From the human T2T-CHM13v2.0 reference genome, Homo sapiens, in the NCBI RefSeq assembly GCF_009914755.1, contig NC_060931.1: a stretch of DNA of 64,000 nt. The stretch is one strand, 5' to 3'. Position 1 is the first letter of the stretch; each line of letters starts with the position of its first letter. The notes beneath the pieces were generated by a model. That model worked only from the letters and a program-made list of their open reading frames with translations, made no database searches and was not told the DNA's origin. Both the position numbers and the translations under genes were made by a program. Of the stretch, positions 39,235 to 54,335 are shown one piece after another.

Positions 39235-40090
39235 ATATTGAGCTATTATTTTCTATTTTATCTTGAGTTAGTTTGGGTAAGTTGTATTTTACAAATAATT
39301 TGTTTTTTATGTTGTCAATTTATTGGCATAAATTTGTTTTTAAAAATCCATTTAATATCAGTAAGATCTATAGGAATATTACAACTTACTTTTCTCACAT
39401 TGATAGTTGGTGTTTCTCTTTTTTTCCACTTGGTTAGTCTTGCCAGTGGTTTATCAATGTTATTTTTTTTCAAAAACCAACTTTCAGCTTTTTAATTTTC
39501 TGTTTTCTATTTCATTAATTTATTTTCTTATTTCCTTCCTTCCTTCCATTTAATTTGCTCTGGTTCTTCTCATTTTTTAAGTTAGAAATGTAGGAAAGTT
39601 CAAATACTTCATGGTATAAATTTTTGTCCACATGAGGCTATAGTTTCATTATCTAAATTTTTATATATTGTGTTTTTATTATCATTCAGTTTGAAAATTT
39701 TTTAAATTTCTCTTGTGATTTTTTCTTTGAAACAAAATTTTTTAAAGAGTATTTTAAATTTTCTAGACATTTTGGAACTCTCGATACTCAATATTTGTTT
39801 CTACTTTAATCCCATTGAAGTATTTTTCATTATTTTTGTATGCTTTGTTATTAAATGCATACGTGTTTAGAATGTAAATGCATACAGGTTTAGAATGTTT
39901 ATTCTCTAGATGATTTGTTCCTTTTAACAATATGTAATGTTTCACTTAATATTTTGTAACCTTGTTTACCTTGAAGTCTACTTTGTCCAATGTTAAGATA
40001 TTTCAGTTTTTTTATGATTACTGTTTGCATGGGATAACTTTTTCTATAATATATTTCTATCTTTGTTTTTATATTTAAAATTTATTTTCT
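39235..40090 (-). mobile_element. Old L1M ORF2 (endonuclease-region) fragment
   Basis: gttagtcttgccagtggtttatcaatg...ttcaaaaaccaacttt...cttgaagtctactttgtc. Confidence 0.7.
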
Positions 40091-40247
40091 TATAAAATAT
40101 AGCATGTAACTTTATAACTTTATAATTTTCTTAACTTTAATTTTCTCAACTTTTATAATTTCTTAACTTTAATTTTCTTAACTTATACTGTAAACTTATA
40201 ATATAACTTTATAATTTTCTTATAAAAGATAGCATATAACTTTATAA
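40084..40247. repeat. 34-bp direct repeats enclosing a patchwork of short copied units
   Basis: attttcttataaaatatagcatgtaactttataa (40084-40117) / attttcttataaaagatagcatataactttataa (40214-40247). Confidence 0.85.
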
Positions 40248-43200
40248 TAAACTGATTTTCTGTGGAATCTAGTAGTCTACAAAATGAAGAGGTTACTTCT
40301 GATTCACTAAAAATGAATATTTCAGAAATATTGTTCTAGTGTTTCTTTTTATTCTTGAGATGAATCAGAAATGAAAAAAATGATTTGAGAAGTATATTTA
40401 ACAGAAAGCTGGGAGAAGTCAAGTGTCAGAAAAACTATGTCAAATTTGCTGGAAATAGTGATAAAAGTTTATGGTCAAAGATGTGGGATTTTTGGACAAA
40501 TATAATTCTCCCAAACCCATGAAACTACCCATAATAGTTTGGGAAGTTGGACTTCTATTAATTAGAAAGTAAATATAGTATGTGGTATTTTTATTCTCTG
40601 ATTTCCTAAACAGGCATTTATTATTATATTGTTTCATGAAAAAAATCGATACTTTTTAAAGGTTAAACAGTAGTGAGAAAAATTAGCTGTCATATTCACA
40701 AGTTCTTTATCTTAGGAACTGAGAATTATTATAAAGTATTTTATTTGTTATTTATTTTCTCCAAATAGTCTTGGTGAACTAAGAGTATTCAAAAATTAAT
40801 TCTAGTTAAGTTTTTAAAGGCTCAATTATTAGACAAATATCAAACATGATATGATTTCTGATTATTCTTCTCATTAATTTTCTTACTTTACAAGGCATAT
40901 ATAACTGTAAATTCATTTAAAAATATAAAGGAAGGGCAGTAGTAAGAAGACTCAGGTCATAAAGTTCAATCTATTCAGCATTAAGAGAAAACTCTTGCTT
41001 AATTTACCAAATTGAACATTAATTAAATAAAATGAAAAGTTTAGTTTCCTATACAAAGTTTTTTTTTTCCTAACTGTAAACACCATTTGGTGTTTTATTT
41101 ATCACAGTATTTCAGATCTAAAGCATGAAATGCCACACACTAACTTGTTATTTATTTGCAATCTGGGACCACTTACATTGAGTTGCACCTGTGAGGTTGT
41201 CTAGTACATAGTAATGTGAATTTTATTTTATCAATGCACACAACCAAGCACACATACTCAAATGGATAACTAGGTTCCCTTTGTTGCCATTTGTTGGTAG
41301 TTGGATAACACCTTGGAACATAAATAATAGCAGTTCATATGACAGAAAGCACTTTGAATGGAAGAATAAGTTTTAGAGGTATTTACCTATTTTTGGATTG
41401 AAGGTCCATAAGCTAAACTACATAATTTCTCAACCAAAGATATTTAAAAAAAAAATAAAGAAAAGCTTTGGTTTAGTAATAAAGAAGGAGAAATTCAAAG
41501 AATATGTTAAAGAATGTCATTTATAGGCTTACATTATTTGGGTTATTTTTTAATAGATGCACAGAATTGTTTGGAGATTTGGCTAAATTTTAAAAAATGG
41601 TCTAATTTCTTGCAAATCCCATATAGCACAACAATAGCCAAACTCTTCAACAACTCAATTTTCTGCATTCTAATACCTCTAGAAATCTTATTTAGAAGTA
41701 TAGCTATTTAATTCCTATGTGTAGTTTTTGTCATTTTGTCCAATGACTATATTTTCCCAAAATAATTCTTCTTGCCAGTTCCAAAACTGAGCATCTTTGC
41801 ATAGACAGACACCAACATAAATACATAATTATTGAGCTATGTTAGAAGAGGTATATGCTTCATATAACAATTATTACTTGGCTAATCTTCAAACAGAGTG
41901 TCTTATCACCACTTAAAATGGTGGCAGTTAATAGAACCTAATGTTAACCTCAACAATTACAAACGAATTTTTCCTTTAAAAACGACTAAGTAGTTAAATA
42001 CCCGAGGATGGTGCGATGAGTGGTACATACTTTCCCCCTTGATTTTCAGTGGGAAGTGAAAATTTGATTTGTTAATCAAACCTAAACGCCTGAAATAACA
42101 GAATCAGAGCATGAACAAATTGCCCATTTGCTAATGAGCAAATCAAATCACCATGTATTAGTGCTCTCAATACATTGTAATATGTACAGTGCCATTCTAG
42201 GAGAATGGAAGACTGGAGAAGAAATAGTAAGGAAAGGAAGAAGAGAACACCTGGATTTCTGGCAAATAGATAAGTGCAGTTCTTATAGTACCAAATCAGC
42301 ACCATTACTTTTATAAACGATTTTCAAAAGATTCCTACTTTGCAAATTCTGTCTCCTAATAGATTCTTACACTGTGATTTAAAAAATTCACCCATAGTTA
42401 GCAATTTTCTTTCAGATGTAGACCGATTTGTAGACAGGAAATGATATATAAACATACGCTAGCCCTTTTGAACTAAGAGGTTTTTGCATTTCTTTGGCTA
42501 GCCTTGGTGATGCTGGTTTCTCCTTATCTTTCATGCATATTTTGTTTGCAATTCTATTAAGACCACAAGTCAAATAGGTAGTAATTATTTCCAATCATAT
42601 TTTGAGTAGTATCTGCTGCATTGCTTTTGCTCGATAATATTTTAAAATAATACAACAAACAGCTAGAATCATATAATAAATTCAGGTGATTAAAAGAGAT
42701 CACTGTTTTGGGAATATGGAGAAATAATTACTTTTTCAACATAATTTAAGCTCAAGTAGATTTTCAGATCTAAATTCTGTGATACAAAATGGCATTATTC
42801 TCATTTAGCCAATTGTAAAGTAAGGCTTACAAAATATAAATAACTTGCCTAAAATCCTACCACCTGAAAAATGGAGAGGTCATTCAATCCCATTTTTGTC
42901 TGACTTCAAAGGTTATATCACCTCCAGCAGAGCATGATTTGATGGAAAAGACATGTGAATATGCACTTGTCATTAGACAGGTGGAATCTGTAATTTCCCC
43001 CCCACCAAAAAAAAGATTTTGTGATGATTTATTTGTCTCTATCACCTGCATTTTATTTTCTTTGAGGATATAGCCAGTAATGTTGTTGATGATAGAATTT
43101 TCATGAACAATAACAAATATATAGACAAAACCCAACTTATGACAAATCTTTTATTTGCTTATGTGATATTTACTTATAACACTTGACTTTTAGAATACCC

Positions 43201-43339
43201 TGTCATCTGTTGGATTATGTTTTCTATGTGACCTTCAGTATCTTAAAATTTTAGTATATTAAAAACAGTACATATCTTGGAATTAGTTATAAATAGGTTT
43301 ACTGTTTATATTTTAGTAACACTATGATATAAATAATTA

Positions 43340-43495
43340 GTTTAATTTTTGAGCCTTAGTTTACTCATCTTTAAAATGGGATTATTTCTGCTCTTTCCTC
43401 AAGGAGAATAACAAGACAGAGGATAAAATGATGAAGAAAGTATAACACTTTTCAATTTGCCACAGAAAATATGCTCAGTAAATACTGGCTGTCCA
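43340..43495 (+). mobile_element. MIR fragment
   Basis: tgagccttagtttactcatctttaaaatgggat...tgctcagtaaatactggctg. Confidence 0.65.
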
Positions 43496-44872
43496 TTTCA
43501 TTTTGCTTCCAGAAAATATACTTTTAGTTTTTTCACAGCTATTCAAAAGCAAAGGACATTTGCTATTCTTTACTCATAAAATACCTGGGAAAAAGTACTG
43601 AGTCTCTGACAATTAGGAGACAGGCATTATTGGGTGATCTATTTTAAGGAAATCGCAGGGGATGAAAAACCAGAACTGAGTCTGATTTCTGCTTTTTCAG
43701 TAATAGCTGTGTAGGCCTATATAAATTACTTAATCTTTTCTTAGGCTCAGCATTCTCACCGATGAAATAAGTCTAAACCCAATACTTACTCAATAAAAGA
43801 TGAAATTAATTCAATGTCACACATGTTAAAAATGGCCAATAAGGAAGGCCACTGAGAAGTCCAGACAGATGTAACCAAATCCTTTCCCAAGAGTCATAGA
43901 CAGGCAGATACATAGGAAGTATCTCCATAGTCTCATTTTAATCCAGGGGTTACCAATGCGGTTTACATGTACTCATTATACTAGATGTAAGAATAACAAG
44001 TTGCTATGGGTATATGTAATGTAACAACATGGATAGGGCAGAAAAAATATCCACAAACTAATATAAGGCCTCTGAAAATAAAATAGTTGGGGGGTATATC
44101 AAGTAGTGAGGAAAAATGATCTATATAACTGCAAAGGCTTCAAGAGCAGTTATGTGCAACAACAAAATAAAACAGATGCATATAGTAAAACCTCTAGTTA
44201 TTTAATAACCATCCAACCTACAAATATAAACTCTCTGCTTCCCAGAGTTATAGTTTAGGAGGGAAAGAAATATTTCATATATTCTCCTAAGAAGGTGAGA
44301 GATTTTTGTGATCATTTGAACCAAAGAACAGAGAAAATAGTGCTTCATCCTACTTAAAGAGGTCAGGTAAAACTTCCAGGACAGGTGACATTTGTGCCAG
44401 TAGGATGTGTCCTAATCTGATAGACTGCTGTAAGACCATCCTTGACATACCTGACAAACTCCTCTTCCACTGTGATTTGTTTATCCAGCTAAGCTACTTA
44501 AATATGGCCTCAAATTTTATCTGTCTTTATACATCCCTTTGAATCTTTGTAATCTGTTTCATCTTTGGGACGGTAAAGCATTTACAAAATATGCTTGGGA
44601 TTTTTGGACTAAAAATCATTTGTAAGAAAAAAATACACCATCATAAACTTACTGTTTTGTGTTCTTTAAATTCTACTTGCTATTAAATGACTTCAACCAC
44701 CTTAATTTATTCTTGAGAAAATAGATGTTTTTTCGATTTGAAGATCAAAAGGAAAGCTGTGACATGCTTTATTGTTTTGTCTGTTAATTTTTAGGTTAAA
44801 AAATAAAGTTAAATAGAGTTGGCATCAAAGTACTAGCTCTTTTGCAAATTGACATAGAACCATCAAACTTGA

Positions 44873-45184
<312 letters not shown>

Positions 45185-45677
45185 AATCAATGTAACTTTA
45201 AGTGTCAAAATTCTATTTATAGAACCTATAGAACCAAAAGTGAACCTATAGGATTTGCCATAGCCAGATGCAACACCAGTTTATTACATATTTAGCAGCA
45301 GTATCTAAATAAACAGATTAATGGAATTAAATGAAGAACATAGTACTTATATAGAAGAGAAAACACCTAAAATTCACAATATAGCCCCTGCATTGTACCT
45401 CATGAACGAAGAACTCAGAGGTATGAATTAGTCAATCCAATCTCATGTTGGTTCTGGGTACCATTTAGTGAAAATAAAAACTGTCTGGGTTTTATTTTAT
45501 ATGTAACTGTAGAGTCAACAACATGCATTTTCTTTTTAAAAAATCTGACATATTAAGAATTTTTTTCTATATAAAATACTTTCTCACTTTCTATTTCCAC
45601 TTTGACTCCCAACAATCTTGTAACCAAGGTTTAGACTAATTTTCTAGATAAAGGACACCGAGTCTTAAAGTTAAGTG

Positions 45678-45982
<305 letters not shown>

Positions 45983-46039
45983 GAGTTAAGTGTTTCTCTG
46001 CCATATAATGCCATATGCATGTATCAAACATATATATCC

Positions 46040-46325
46040 ACCTATAGGAAATAGCTGTCATTGCTATAACAATGAAAGCAGACATTGTCCCTGTTCTGGT
46101 GGAGCTTATATTTGAACGTGTTCCTGTGGTGAGGGGATAAAAATAAACAAATGAAAAAAGCAGTGTAGTTTCATGGAATGATAAATGCTGTGGAAAGGCA
46201 GGGTCTGTGTTGAATTGGTGGTCAAGGAAGTCCTTTTTGAGGAAGTGACATTTGAACTAGGAACTGAATAATGAGGAGTCAGCCAAGTGAAGATCTGGGC
46301 AGAAATGTTCCAGGTAGAAATTTGT
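46040..46325 (-). mobile_element. L2 fragment
   Basis: agacattgtccctgttctggtggagcttata...tgaggaagtgacatttgaactag...aggagtcagccaagtgaag. Confidence 0.75.
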
Positions 46326-46349
46326 ATATGATGAGACATCACAGCATTT

Positions 46350-46630
46350 CCCCCCCCCGCCCCTGTCGCCCAGGCTGGAGTGCAGTGGCACGACCTCAGC
46401 TCGCTGCAACCTCTGTGCCTCCTGGGTTCAAGTGATTCTTCTGCCTCAGCCTCCTGAGTAGCTGGGAATACAGGTGCGTACCACCCCATGCCTGGCTAAT
46501 TTTTGTATTTTTAGTAGAGATGGGGTTTCACCATGTTGGCCCGGCTGGTCTCGAACTCCTGACCTCGTGATCCGCCCGCCTTGGCCTCCCAAAATGCTGG
46601 GATTATAGGCGTGAGCTACCACGTCTGGCC
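46350..46630 (-). mobile_element. AluSg-like SINE lacking poly(A), with a G-tract at its 3' end
   Basis: TSD catcacagcattt (46337-46349 / 46631-46643); body runs from ctgtcgcccaggctgg to acgtctggcc. Confidence 0.95.
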
Positions 46631-47449
46631 CATCACAGCATTTTTATATGAAGTAAACCAGGATTTAGAGAAAAAGCTCTGCTTGAGGCACAGCCTTTTA
46701 AAAATGTGTTTGTACAGTTATTTTTTAAACACATGTTCTTTAGTATTCAAGAGTGTCCTTGTAACTCTGGCAATAATTCTAAGGATAAAGTTAGGTCCAG
46801 GCTGTGCTTTCATTCTTTATTTTTTATTTTTTTAAAAACTTATTTTCTGGCAGTTGTAATACACCATGAATATTAAATTAAAATCAATTGCACACTTACT
46901 TATCCCACTCTAGGGATAAAAAGCATAAGCTAACTTTGAATTAACTTCCACTTTAAAAACATGACTTCATTTCAAAAGCTTAAGGTGCTTTCTGAGAAAG
47001 CTTGATAGCTCCATGCCTCTTCATTGGGAGTTTTATGCAGTTATTTTGGGTAGAAGGAGGAAAAAGGAACAGTATAAAATAAATATGTAAAGTAAGGTGT
47101 ATGTCAAGCAGACATACGATCAACTCTGCTTTTTTGCCTGGATACTTTATTACTACTGGACTATATAGTAGATGACAACTGGATGTTCTCCAAATCTGTA
47201 TGTTTTCTCACTCCCACCAATAAAGCATCTATGTTCCAAACCAGGGACAATCTTACTACTCTCCCAGTTAATGATCACTTCAGGGGCTGACTGCTAGAAA
47301 GAAGGTATGCTTTTGACATTCCAGAAGATCCACATGTTTGGGCAAATAAGAGACCATTGCTGTGGCTAATTCTGAGACCCAGGATCTGGGCTGGCCATGG
47401 AGTGGTCAGCCTCAGTTTGAGCAGAGAAATGCAGCCTGGGTTAATTATG

Positions 47450-48400
47450 ATTGTGATATAGTGTTACTTACAATGGTATCTATGGTTGTGTGGAAGATTA
47501 TTGAAAAAGGGGAACTACAATCAATGACTTAGGGAAGAGCCAACTGAAAGGCGAGGACATGCTATCAATACCAAGGTAAATGGGGCAGTGGCAACTTACA
47601 GCACAAAGTGGTTTGCTGTATGATTTTTGTAGGTCAGTATGGATATTTGAAATAGGGACATAAGGAATCATTAGCAAACTGGTGATATTGAGGGTTATGA
47701 AAATGGTTGGCATTATTTAGGGAGAAGGTATGAAGCTGGAAAGATACTGAAGAGCTGTATACTAATATTTAAACATAAGGTAAAAAAAGAAGGACTTGGG
47801 TATAAACTGTGAGAAAAATCAGAGATATAAAGCTAGAAGATTTTGATGTTATGGAAGCCAAGGAGAAGAGCATTTCAAGGAGTAAGAGGTCAGTTGTGTT
47901 CCTTAATGCTGAGAGATGAGAAAGACGAGTACAGAAATGCCTCTGTCAGGTTTACCATCATTTACATTTAACAAAACGCAGGTTATTAGTGATCTCCCCT
48001 AAAGCAGTCCTGGCACACTGGTGGGAAGGGAAAAACCAGAGAAGGGTGGATTGAGATTGGTGAATGGGAGTTGAGGAAATGGTGACCGGCTGTATATTCA
48101 AGAAGCTTTTTCAGCAAGTTAGGATGTAAATCTGAAGTGGAAATCTTGATTCGTAGTTTAAGTGGGACCCCAGAAATTGAATGTCTTGCTTGGGAGATGG
48201 GAGATGGCAGAGATTTCACAATATGTTAACAGTTTTGGGCCAAATCCATTAGAGAAGGATATAGGTGGGAACAGGAGTGGGAGGCCAGTTGGAGTATGGC
48301 CTTTAATTTGAGGAGAACAATCCATTCCTCTTTAGTTGGATTAGAGGAAAATATGAAGAGATAAAAGAAAGGAAATGGCAGGGAGTTGAGAAGGTTCCCT
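47450..48400 (-). mobile_element. L2 fragments
   Basis: gatgttatggaagccaaggagaagagcatttcaaggag...aatgctgagag. Confidence 0.6.
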
Positions 48401-50680
48401 TCTCTGAAACACGGCTGGTCGGGAAGGGACGGAAAGCAATTAAGTACATGGAGCTAGTTCAGATGCAGCATTTTGAAACCATCAGAATTCTGCTCCAGTG
48501 GCTTCCCCCTATGGCCTTCTTCTGAGCCAGGTCACACTCCATTTACTGATTAAGTGCAGAGGATGCAGCAGTGGCAAGGAGGACCACATCTAGACTAGAG
48601 CAGATATTCTTTCTTTTTGCTAGGGAATGTGAAGGTTTTCAAAGCATTCCAAATTGGCCCAAGGGTAAATACGCGAAGTGAAAAAAAAAAAAAACCCATC
48701 ATATATTGATTACCATCTATGGGTCAGCCATTTCAATTACTTTACTTTTCTGATTTCCTGTGAAAGGAGGATTCCACTTTAATTTAGGAAACTGAGACAT
48801 TAAGAAACTAACTCAAAGTCATATAAATAGAAAGAAGCAGAGCAGGATTATTCCTCTTCCTACAAGAGAAGAGGGATAAATGTGAACCAACCAAAATGCC
48901 TTTCTCTCCCAAGTTATATATAGCAAATTATACAATACTTCATAGCTCTGAAAACCTGAGGCTTCTGTGTTAGATTTATATAAAACATTATTTTTGTTCA
49001 CAAGTGATTTAAAAGTGCCTCCATACAAAAGGGTGCTCATAATTAGAACTTACATATTGTAATACATATCTCTTCTTTACAAAATCAATTCAGTTGGGAA
49101 ATGTTTAAACATCTAAGCACTAACAAGCATAAATGAATAATAGGTGAATGATGGAGGCATTGTGTTGCTGTATCTGTATTCAGATATTTTAAAAACCACC
49201 TTACCCATAATTATAAGAAACGATGACCAAATCTCTGCTCTTTCCCAAATACCAATAATTAGATTTCAACACCCACTTTAAGTGATTGATCTGCCTAAAG
49301 AAGAAAGCATTAAATAAAATGTTTATATATAGAACCTAACCGTTTTGTCTGGCATTTGGTAAACATTTGTTAATATTGGTTGGTTGAATGAACAAATGAA
49401 TGGAAATAGAATGTAGTGTTTCAGTAACTATTGTTACCAAATAGTACCCATGGCATCTCCGGAAAGTGAGAAGTTTACTTTTAAAGATTAGTTTAATCTA
49501 TGCAAGTTCATCATTTGATTGTGACTATTGTTTTTTCAATTTCTGTAGCACTTAAGAACAGAATAACATTACTGTGATTACAACTGAAATTAAGTGGATA
49601 AAAGGTTTCTGAATGGGTAAAGGAAGGTCTATAAATTAATCTACTATTTTTCACCTTTTCCTTCAAGTACGAATGATTCATAGCACTTCCATATCTGTGA
49701 CATTTTCATTATTAAAAGTTTATTTAATTATCAGTATGATGCCCCTTTCTCTTAAGAAAATCGTATTTTACACTGGCCATTGTTTGTGAATGGAGTTATC
49801 AATGTCCTTCAATCCACTTGGAAACCTGAACATCAGTTCCATTAAGCTGATGGAGTTTGCTATTGACAGGTTAAATAGAATACATCTTCCCAGGGCTCTG
49901 GCAACTTTTCCATATACTCAATTGAAATCTTTTGTGCTAGTAATGGAATATATAAAGTGGATTTCTTGTTGTTTCCATTTCTTCTAGGTTCTGGAGTGAT
50001 GATAAATTCAATCACAGTGCCCACTATTTAGTTTTTTTAGATTAATTTATTTAGCTGCTATTTCATTGTAAATGCGTGACAAGAAATACAATAATCACCC
50101 CTTGTAAATTAACAACTGGATGCATAGACTAACCCCATTTATTATTTTCTGTTAATGTTGGTTGTTTCCAGTTTGTCAAAGTACATTAAAAACATATTAT
50201 GATATTATGTGAATGCTGAAATTTACATATTTGAATACATGTACCTATTTTTGTCTTCCATCCCAGATTGAAATCCATTATTTTAGACTGATGTTTTATT
50301 CCTCTTGTGCTTGTAACTGAATTCTTCATCAGAATAGATAGTAACTATTTTATGAGAAAATTAGAATTTCTCCAAACAGAAGAGGATTTCCCCTCCTAGT
50401 TAAGTTGGTTGTCATGCTTAAATAGCATATTTTGCTTTGTTATTTCCAATTGTTTTTGAATTGGAAAATACTCACCATGCTACTGCATTATTATAAGTTA
50501 CACACACAATAAAAATCCTAAGATTTTTTACTTTGCTAACTTCTCATCAGAAAGTATTTTTTTCTTTGCCAGATCTCCTTCCTCACTATGTTGTTTGTTA
50601 ACTGGTAACCTGGCATAGGATTCTATCCAAGGAATGGTTTTCTTAATAACCCTTAGTGTTAATACTAGATTTCCATTTAG

Positions 50681-52904
<2,224 letters not shown>

Positions 52905-54043
52905 AGGAATTACGAAGACACCATGTATTCTAATTATACTCTGTCAGCTGCAGCAAAACTTTCTATGTATTTTCAAGGAAGATGTTGGTGTATTTTTCTC
53001 TTTTGTAGAAAGATATGACAGAATGAAAATCAGATAACAACCCTAGATTATAAATATAAGTTTATTTTCTAAGACATTTGAAAATCTAAACTGTGTCAAG
53101 AGATTTTTTTTAAAAGGGTCTATTGCTCTGTAGCACAAGAATGGCATTTGTTTTTCATTTGAAAATCTTATAATAGATTCTTTCACATACAGACACAAGT
53201 AGAAAGAGTAAGACAATGAAGCTCTGCGTACACCATTTTTGGCAACAATTTTCTGACATTATAGGTGACAAATCTCGGTAAGTTAATGATTGTGGGTTCA
53301 CAAGTATCTAAAAAGTTACCTGATTGTCTTTATGCCCAAAAAAGTCAAAGTTGTTTTTTCCAGGTTGTTTTCTTAATAGAGCACTTTATAAGAAAGCCTG
53401 GCACCTTATCAGACTTAAGTTATATCACTATTTATATTAAAAAAATCACATCTTTATTGAACAGCAAATTCTCTATGAAAGAATTATAAAATACATGTTA
53501 GGCTTCATTCCTACCCTCAGGAATCTTATCTATTTGAGAAAAAATGTAGAGATATTACATATATTAATACAAGCTAGAATTGAGTTGATATCTATAACTA
53601 GAGAAGAACTATTAGCATATTAATTAGGATCATATTTGCACTTCCATTGTCATGAAAAATATCTGTGTTTTAATTTAGATCTCCATGTTATATTATTCTC
53701 ATTACTGCCTCTCAGTAAAAGGTAATCAGCTTGAAATTTATATGCGTGTGTAAACAATACAGGCTTGTATTTGGCAGAAGGAACCCATCCTGGTCAATAT
53801 TTCACAGCATGACACTTCAACATAACAAGGTTGTACTTAGATAAGAGAATTATGCTTTACAATATAGCTATTAAAAAGAGAACCAATGAATAAATTTGCT
53901 TATAGCCCCTTCATGTATTTGGACATTAACCTGAGTTTATTTTGTATGCAATAATATGATATACAGATACACTCATATATGCTACATATGGATGCACTCA
54001 CAATGAGGAAACAAAGGTGGTCTTAATATTAAGTGCATGGATT

Positions 54044-54335
<292 letters not shown>

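Noticed and set aside
48495-48515. Second CTCF site (GGCCATAGGGGGAAGC on minus)
   Set aside because: Needs a gap or four mismatches, including the conserved C after GG
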